The translations under genes and the position numbers were made by a program. A DNA stretch of 5,410 nt from Amoeboradix gromovi X-113. Taxonomy: Eukaryota > Fungi > Sanchytriomycota. Below the pieces are notes generated by a model. It ran no database searches, was not told the DNA's origin, and saw nothing but the letters and a program-made list of their open reading frames with translations. Below, piece after piece: positions 1 to 5,410 of the stretch (its first letter is position 1; every line of letters begins with the position of its first letter). The stretch lies in contig JADGIF010000662.1 in the NCBI GenBank assembly GCA_018985225.1, forward strand, positions 1-5,410, given 5' to 3'.

Positions 1-154
1 AGAAGATCTTTTATTAATGATAGCATTTCCTCCGTATGGAGCACCTCCTTTAAAAACGAGTTAGTCTAGTTTTTATATTTGGTGTCCCAAAAGCTGGCAA
101 GTCATTTTTTTCTTTTTTCATCCCCTTTACCTCCGAGTCTACTTTTTATAGAAC

Positions 155-1726
155 ATGTCCCCAATGTTTGCATTCTTGGGAACTTGGCTTTACCAGGTTT
201 TTTTATTTCTCTTCAATACTGACGAGCAGAAGGAATACAGAAAGCTTAAAGAAAAGGCTACAAATGCTACTCAATACAGAAATGCAGCGAATCTACAATC
301 CAGGGAACATGCAAGTTGGCGGAAAAAAGATGAATCATCAGAATATGATTACAAACTTATCTATGACCGACATAATAGCCTGTACAATGCTCGCAGGAAT
401 GGAGATGTTGCAGATGTGATGTTTTTACTCCGTACTTCATTAAATAGACATATCGGAAATATTCACAACCCTTCTCTATATGCCGAGTGTTATGGAACTA
501 AGGACCTGATAAACGCCTATATTGAGGAAGTTTGCACTTGTCTAGACTACATTGTGTCCCTTCCGAATTTGCAGCATAACATTAAACAGGAATTTATCTC
601 CAACTGTCGTACTGCATATGGCAGAACGGCTCTATTGCTTAGCGGTGGAGGTGCTCTGAGTCTTCATCATGTTGGCGTTATAAAGTCACTTCATGAGCAT
701 CATTCATTGAGTCGTATAATTTCTGGCTCAAGTGGCGGTGCTATTGTTGCCGCCTACATTTGCTTACATACTGAGGAGGAGTTTCAGGAACTGTTAAGAC
801 CTGGCAAGATTGACTTGAACGTGTTTGAAGAAAAAAACACTCCGCTATATACAAAATTGATAAGATTGGTTCAGACTGGTTTCTTTTTTAAAGCAGAAGA
901 GTTTGTCTCCACATTAAAAAGAAGTTATGGGGATGTAACCTTTCTTGAAGCTTATAACAAAACTCGTCGCATTTTAAACATTACGGTTACCAGCAACACT
1001 AAATACGAAATGCCTAGTGTTCTTAATTTTGCCACTGCACCAAATGTTCTTATTTGGAGTGCTGTTGCTTGCAGTTGTGCTGTTCCGGGTCTCTTCACTT
1101 CTTTTTCCTTGATGCAAAAAGACACAAATGGCACAGTGTCTTTGTGGACCGCCAGTGATCACACTTGGATTGATGGTAGCGTAGACAACGATCTACCAAT
1201 GCAGAGAATCAGTGAGATGTTCAATGTCAACCAATTCATAGTATGCCAGGTCAATCCTCACGTTGTTCCTTTTCTCAGTAAATCTATAATTAAGTCTCGC
1301 TTTAGACATATTTGCGAGTCTATTATGAACTTGATATTCCAAGAAATCAAGTTGCGCGTTAAGCAAGTTCAAGAGTTTACACCTCTTCCATCCTTGCTGA
1401 GGAAAGTCTTTGGAATTGTAGACCAGCAATACACTGGCGATATGACTATAACGCCAAATATACCATTTATTGATTATTTGAAGATGCTGAATAATCCTAG
1501 TGCTGATTTTTTGTTAAAATGTGTATTGCGAGGTGAAGAGTCTACCTGGGAACAGATTCCTTTGGCTCAGAACTTGCTTAAAGTTGAAATTAAACTAGAT
1601 GAGCTGTTGCAGGAATTGAGGCAGCAATTATTTACAACTTCAGTCCATCCATTAAGACAGAACAAAAAGATGATTACAGCTAGCAACCCAAATCTGACAT
1701 TTTATACTGCAAAAGAATTGAAATAA
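155..1726 (+). CDS. Patatin-like triacylglycerol lipase, Tgl4/Tgl5/SDP1 family (DUF3336-like N-terminal region plus patatin domain), 523 aa
   Basis: Motifs recognised by eye: N-terminal hydrophobic stretch; WRKKDESSEYDYKLI and LLRTSLNRHIGNIHNPSLY...GTKDLINAYIEEV (family N-terminal region); YGRTALLLSGGG oxyanion loop (GGG at 644-652); GSSGG nucleophile elbow (725-739, Ser193); TFLEAYNKTRRILNITV; LNFATAPNVLIWSAVACSCAVPG; WIDGSVDNDLP (Asp340); FNVNQFIVCQVNPHVVPF; QQYTGDMTI. Tgl4 and Tgl5 cannot be told apart by eye, so no symbol is given. Confidence 0.96.
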   Translation: MSPMFAFLGTWLYQVFLFLFNTDEQKEYRKLKEKATNATQYRNAANLQSREHASWRKKDESSEYDYKLIYDRHNSLYNARRNGDVADVMFLLRTSLNRHIGNIHNPSLYAECYGTKDLINAYIEEVCTCLDYIVSLPNLQHNIKQEFISNCRTAYGRTALLLSGGGALSLHHVGVIKSLHEHHSLSRIISGSSGGAIVAAYICLHTEEEFQELLRPGKIDLNVFEEKNTPLYTKLIRLVQTGFFFKAEEFVSTLKRSYGDVTFLEAYNKTRRILNITVTSNTKYEMPSVLNFATAPNVLIWSAVACSCAVPGLFTSFSLMQKDTNGTVSLWTASDHTWIDGSVDNDLPMQRISEMFNVNQFIVCQVNPHVVPFLSKSIIKSRFRHICESIMNLIFQEIKLRVKQVQEFTPLPSLLRKVFGIVDQQYTGDMTITPNIPFIDYLKMLNNPSADFLLKCVLRGEESTWEQIPLAQNLLKVEIKLDELLQELRQQLFTTSVHPLRQNKKMITASNPNLTFYTAKELK

Positions 1727-1742
1727 TAAATTTGTATTTACT
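1725..1742. terminator. Putative shared 3'-end/polyadenylation signal region between the convergent lipase and DGAT2 genes
   Basis: AATAAA at 1725-1730 (+) overlaps the lipase stop codon; palindromic AAATTT at 1728-1733; AGTAAAT on the minus strand at 1736-1742 overlaps the DGAT2 stop. Function is inferred from position only. Confidence 0.45.
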
Positions 1743-2827
1743 TACTCTACAGTTAATTTAGTTATGCAAGGGCCGTAGACATCTCTGTATTTCATAAATA
1801 TGTGTTCCAATTCCTTGACATAGAGGTCCTGCAACTCATCGATCTCCGAAGAAGTCGGATTAATGTTTTTAACGCAGGGAATAGCTCTTCCCACTATTGT
1901 AGTTAAAGGTTCCTGATGCGGTATCAAACTATATGCGTTTAAAAATTTTAATCCGTGGAACAGTGGTACCACAACCCCGATTGTATTTTTAATTTGTTGT
2001 TGAATAGACTGTAGTCTGGGGGATTGAATATACGTGTAAATACTGTTTTCGCCCATAGAAAGTACAGGTACTACCGGAACACCGAACTTTAAAGCTAGCT
2101 TAAAGAAGCCTCTGCGTTTCTTTACGATTAAACGATAGTGAGTAGCATCGACATAATGGACTTCCTGCGCGCCGCCGATAACAATTAAGAGGCTTCTGCC
2201 ATGTTTTAGGATATATTCACACGATTTTTTGCAACAAGACTGGTAACCACAAGCCAAAAAAAATTCACGGACAAATGGTACATAAAAGTTAAAATTCAAA
2301 GTGACTGGAGTTATAGCTGGCAGGTACTTGCTAATTGAATTAGCTTCCGTGCCAAAGCTGATATGAGTTGATGTGGCTATTATCCCATGGGGTGAAGAGC
2401 CATATAAAAGCTGTTTGTGTTTTTGTAAGTTGGGGAGGTCATCAAAAATTAGTTTGCAAGGGAAATAATTCTTAAAATGAACCCAGAGACCCCATTTCCT
2501 CATAAACTTGAAGGACCTGCCATTTGTAAATGGTGCTCTGTCATTCACCATCCAAATTAAATAAGCAATTGCAAGATAGGGAAAACAGTTTGCAAATATG
2601 ACAAATGCAGTAAGTGGTGCGATTAGGACCATAGTGTATAGTATACATGCAATGAGAGATTGGTAATATCCCATTGTTTTATCCCCAATTTTAGCTAAAA
2701 CTACTCGTTGAAAGTCCTGATTTTCTAGCATATCAGGAACTTCTAAAGAGAAGTGGGCAATCACAGTGGTTGCTGATATAACAAACCAGCAATAATAGAA
2801 ATCTTCGTATGGAACGCTATTAATCAT
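1742..2827 (-). CDS. DGA1: DGAT2/MOGAT-family diacylglycerol O-acyltransferase (Dga1-like), 361 aa as called, 310 aa if it starts at Met52 (2674)
   Basis: Hydrophobic segment followed by YLIW..D.AP..GR, then FKNYFP (YFP motif), YGSSPHGII (HPHG position), FYVPFVREF, IVIGGAQE (GGxxE), RRGFFKLALKFGVPVVPVLSMGEN (RxGFxKxAxxxGxxxVPxxxFGE), PLFHG and TTIVGRAI. Start codon uncertain; substrate specificity within the family cannot be read from sequence. Confidence 0.93.
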   Translation of the reverse strand: MINSVPYEDFYYCWFVISATTVIAHFSLEVPDMLENQDFQRVVLAKIGDKTMGYYQSLIACILYTMVLIAPLTAFVIFANCFPYLAIAYLIWMVNDRAPFTNGRSFKFMRKWGLWVHFKNYFPCKLIFDDLPNLQKHKQLLYGSSPHGIIATSTHISFGTEANSISKYLPAITPVTLNFNFYVPFVREFFLACGYQSCCKKSCEYILKHGRSLLIVIGGAQEVHYVDATHYRLIVKKRRGFFKLALKFGVPVVPVLSMGENSIYTYIQSPRLQSIQQQIKNTIGVVVPLFHGLKFLNAYSLIPHQEPLTTIVGRAIPCVKNINPTSSEIDELQDLYVKELEHIFMKYRDVYGPCITKLTVE

Positions 2828-3339
2828 AACTTGTTCTTGTTATGGTAAATCTTTTTAGTAGATTTCAGCGCTAATATATAGATAAAATTAGAACAGCCTG
2901 CAGATTTCTAGTTCGAAATAAACTTTTAGAAATTTTAAACTATTTTGAGTTTGGCGTTCAACAAGCAACTATCAGTTTTTTCATGCAGTCTTGTCAAAGC
3001 ATCGAAAGAATCATTTACAACATTCACTGGGTCTTCAGTGGGCATATAAATCATATTATGGACCGTCAGTGTGCGATCCATAAAAATGAGGAAGCGGATA
3101 AGGGACGTCCTCTTTGCTGCTGCGATAGAGTTTTAAAGAATGATCAACAGATTAGGCGGAAAGAAGCTGGAGCACAGATTGCAATGTTTGTAATGTTGTT
3201 AGTTATACAACTTTCAAAAGCCAGATTAAAAAATCCTTGTGGGTGAAATCAGAACCTTAGGAGGTCGAGTTCTAGTAGAGACTCTAAATAGTGGGTATTT
3301 TATTTATGATGTTAAAAATAGTGTTCTATTTTTCATACA
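2828..3339. promoter_or_regulatory. Divergent intergenic region expected to hold the promoters of DGAT2 and BRE1
   Basis: It lies between head-to-head genes, with AT-rich flanks (about 2830-2950 and 3285-3339) around a more GC-rich core. No specific factor-binding site was identified. Confidence 0.5.
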
Positions 3340-4986
3340 ATGGAGTTTGATGATATTAGTCACTTTAAAAAAGATTCCTTGCATCGTCAAGTTCTCAATT
3401 TAAAGGATGAGATACGTATTTTATCTCAAAAGCAGTCCCTCAGTAGTATTGAATCTGAGAACATTGAACTGAAAAACAAAATCAGACAGCTACAAAGTGG
3501 AATATATATGAAAATATTCGGAATGGAGCCCAAATCCGAATCCCCAATAAACTCTCCACCTGTTGAGCAAGCTCCAGTGAACCATAACGGTCATGTTGAT
3601 GTGAATATTGCTCAACTTAAGGGAGAATTAGAATATTATAAACAGTTAAGTGCCTCTTCCGACCAACCAGTTAATATTACTTTTAGCAAAAAGACTGAAT
3701 TCTCTTATAAGAGTGAGTATTTAAAAGTTAAATCTGAATACGACGACTTGCTGACACTTTATAATGCAAAACAGGTGATTCCGGTTAAGACATTAGAACT
3801 AAATTGGCAAGATAAAGAGCTTTCTCAATTAAACGCAGACCTAATTCGTATTCGGGCTTCTAGAGATACTTATAAATCGCAAATGGACGAGTTAAAAGCT
3901 AACTATTCAAATTTAGAAGCAAAGTCAAAATCAAAAGATGAGGTGATCAATCAGCTTAAATCTAATCTAAACCTTATCAATAATCAATATTCTCTTGCCC
4001 AAATGCAATTGAATCAGTCTGATGCTCCTAGGTTTAGTTTTTGGCAAAAGCAGTCCAAACTAGTCGAAAACAATGATTCTGCATACAATAATGTTGATTC
4101 CAGCTGCCCTCACGAGTTGTGGATTAGTGAGTTAAACTCCATTTCTATTCCAGTAAACGAAATAGCTAATAATGTTCCACTTTTGATCCAAAAATATTCT
4201 GCACTTGCTGTAATTGAAAAGCACTTGAGAGATGAGCAGTTTGCATTGTTGAAAAAGTGCAGGCATCTAGAAACAGCAACTAGTCAGCTTTATGAAGAAC
4301 TAACTAAATCCCAGTCCCAAAAGCAAGATGAAATTAATAAATGCGAAAAGACCCAGTCTAAGCTAATGCATAACATCAAGCAAAAGGATCAACTAAAGAA
4401 CTCTTACATAGCTAGTGAAGCAAAAAATAAAGAGCTTTTGGTAATAAACAAAGAACTGCAAGAGAAGGCAGTGATATTGCAGGAAATAATACAAAAGTAC
4501 TCTCATGTGCAGAATGAGATGGATTATAGAATGAGACCAATGGATATACGGCAGCAACAGATTGTGGATGGGTACAAGCTAGAGATAGAAGAACTGAATC
4601 TAAAACTAATGGATGCAACTGATAATTACGCAACTGCAAAGAACAATCTGATTACATTATCTAAGAGTAACAAATCAATTAAAAATGAGCTGAATGCACA
4701 GATAAAAAGAATAGAAACAATCAAAAGGAACATCACGCAAAGCGGTGGTGATTTTACAAAACTAGAGCAGATACAAGGACAAGAGGCAGTTGATACACTA
4801 GAACAATATAAAGCATTGCTAAAATGCAGTGCATGTAATATAAACTTTAAGTCGCAAGTAATCACCAAATGTTGGCACATGTTTTGTGAAGATTGTATAA
4901 ATAGTAGAATAGAGACAAGGCAAAGGAAATGTCCGAGCTGCAGCGATAGTTTTGGAATACATGATATCAAGCCAATCTATTTTTAA
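3340..4986 (+). CDS. BRE1: E3 ubiquitin-protein ligase Bre1 (histone H2B monoubiquitination; RNF20/40 family), 548 aa
   Basis: C-terminal C3HC4 RING LKCSAC...KSQVITKCWHMFCEDCINSRIETRQRKCPSCSDSFGIHDIKPIYF, with Bre1-typical RQRKCP and terminal IYF. Long K/E/Q/L-rich coiled-coil body. N-terminal FKKDSLHRQV resembles the FQKEAIxRxM start motif of fungal Bre1, which supports the ATG at 3340. Confidence 0.93.
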   Translation: MEFDDISHFKKDSLHRQVLNLKDEIRILSQKQSLSSIESENIELKNKIRQLQSGIYMKIFGMEPKSESPINSPPVEQAPVNHNGHVDVNIAQLKGELEYYKQLSASSDQPVNITFSKKTEFSYKSEYLKVKSEYDDLLTLYNAKQVIPVKTLELNWQDKELSQLNADLIRIRASRDTYKSQMDELKANYSNLEAKSKSKDEVINQLKSNLNLINNQYSLAQMQLNQSDAPRFSFWQKQSKLVENNDSAYNNVDSSCPHELWISELNSISIPVNEIANNVPLLIQKYSALAVIEKHLRDEQFALLKKCRHLETATSQLYEELTKSQSQKQDEINKCEKTQSKLMHNIKQKDQLKNSYIASEAKNKELLVINKELQEKAVILQEIIQKYSHVQNEMDYRMRPMDIRQQQIVDGYKLEIEELNLKLMDATDNYATAKNNLITLSKSNKSIKNELNAQIKRIETIKRNITQSGGDFTKLEQIQGQEAVDTLEQYKALLKCSACNINFKSQVITKCWHMFCEDCINSRIETRQRKCPSCSDSFGIHDIKPIYF

Positions 4987-4987
4987 A

Positions 4988-5057
4988 AGTAAATTTATCG
5001 TTCTAAATGGGACACACTTGAGAAGTTTTTGAGAGTAATTAACTGTAATTGAATAAA
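4988..5057 (+). terminator. Putative BRE1 3'-end/polyadenylation signals
   Basis: AGTAAATTT at 4988-4996 just after the stop codon, and AATAAA at 5052-5057 followed by T-rich sequence. Confidence 0.35.
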
Positions 5058-5092
5058 ACTTTTGTCGTAACTAAATCAATTTTGTCGCTCCA

Positions 5093-5281
5093 TTAATCCT
5101 TGTTCTCAAATATTTCAATCGAGCAAGAATGAGGTACTTTGTTTTCCTTGTTTATGACAAATTGTCCATGAATAGGATCTATCAAATATGATTTAGAGCC
5201 AAATATAGATTTACTAATCTTAACAAGCACTGCAACAACCTGTGGATCTAGCCAAGTAGAAAAGATCCCATAACTTGACAT
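5093..5281 (-). CDS. Possible small hypothetical protein or terminal exon, 62 aa, convergent with BRE1
   Basis: Open frame only, with no recognisable motif. An in-frame TAA lies directly before the ATG, so it cannot extend upstream without splicing or a frameshift. The high local gene density makes some gene here plausible. Confidence 0.2.
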   Translation of the reverse strand: MSSYGIFSTWLDPQVVAVLVKISKSIFGSKSYLIDPIHGQFVINKENKVPHSCSIEIFENKD

Positions 5282-5410
5282 TTATACACTATGCGACAAG
5301 TTTTTATCCATTCCTCTTCTTTCCTAGTCCAGGTGTAACATGGACTACTGTATTACAGTGGGTAGGCTGGCTTAAACACGGATCTATATGGCAATCATTC
5401 CTGTGAAGAA

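Noticed and set aside
1-69. Plus frame open from the window edge (RRSFINDSISSVWSTSFKNELV-stop) as the end of an upstream gene
   Set aside because: Only 22 codons with no recognisable motif, and minus-strand frames are also open here; it cannot be supported without flanking sequence.
60-151. Intron-like stretch (GTTAGT or GCAAGT donor, pyrimidine tract, TATAG acceptor) before the lipase ATG
   Set aside because: Neither donor gives a stop-free in-frame upstream exon with a start codon, and the lipase already looks complete. A pyrimidine-rich promoter or a UTR intron remains possible but is unsupported.
168-419. 83-aa alternative-frame ORF
   Set aside because: Fully nested in the lipase gene, with no recognisable motif.
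952-1429. Three short minus-strand ORFs (60, 62 and 78 aa)
   Set aside because: Antisense shadows of the conserved patatin domain.
3150-3180. AGGCGGAAAGAAGCTGGAGCA as SRP RNA helix 8
   Set aside because: It lacks the paired stem around a GNRA loop and the proper symmetric-loop spacing.
2824-3213. TAA/TAG reassignment (as in some aphelids) making a long minus-strand frame that ends at a TGA overlapping the DGAT2 ATG
   Set aside because: All three recognisable genes end in TAA, BRE1 exactly at its conserved C-terminus, and none has an internal TAA/TAG; the standard code applies.
2983-3246. 87-aa plus-strand ORF as a gene or BRE1 upstream exon
   Set aside because: No recognisable domain, a T-rich start context unlike the other genes, and BRE1 already begins with its family motif at 3340. 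Not excluded, but unsupported.
4412-4970. Minus-strand ORFs of 75 and 114 aa, one Cys-rich and hydrophobic
   Set aside because: Antisense to the Lys/Glu/Gln-rich coiled coil and RING of BRE1, which yields such compositions automatically.
1-5410. CRISPR arrays, transposon ends, tRNA/rRNA, long tandem repeats
   Set aside because: By eye I saw no regularly spaced direct repeats, terminal inverted repeats, transposase/RT motifs or cloverleaf signatures.

Overview
AT-rich, gene-dense eukaryotic DNA, most likely fungal or fungus-related, read in the standard code (all three recognisable genes end in TAA). It holds three apparently intronless genes: a Tgl4/Tgl5/SDP1-type patatin triacylglycerol lipase (+, 155..1726), a DGAT2/Dga1-family acyltransferase (-, 1742..2827, true start possibly 2674) and a short Bre1-type RING E3 ligase (+, 3340..4986). 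The main point of interest is that the triacylglycerol-degrading and triacylglycerol-synthesising genes lie tail-to-tail with only 15 bp between their stop codons, and the DGAT2 has SPHG in place of the canonical HPHG motif. The long divergent spacer between DGAT2 and BRE1 and both window ends remain unexplained. I found no mobile element, CRISPR array, tRNA or rRNA. No novel system can be established from the sequence alone; the lipase/DGAT2 pair is the best candidate.
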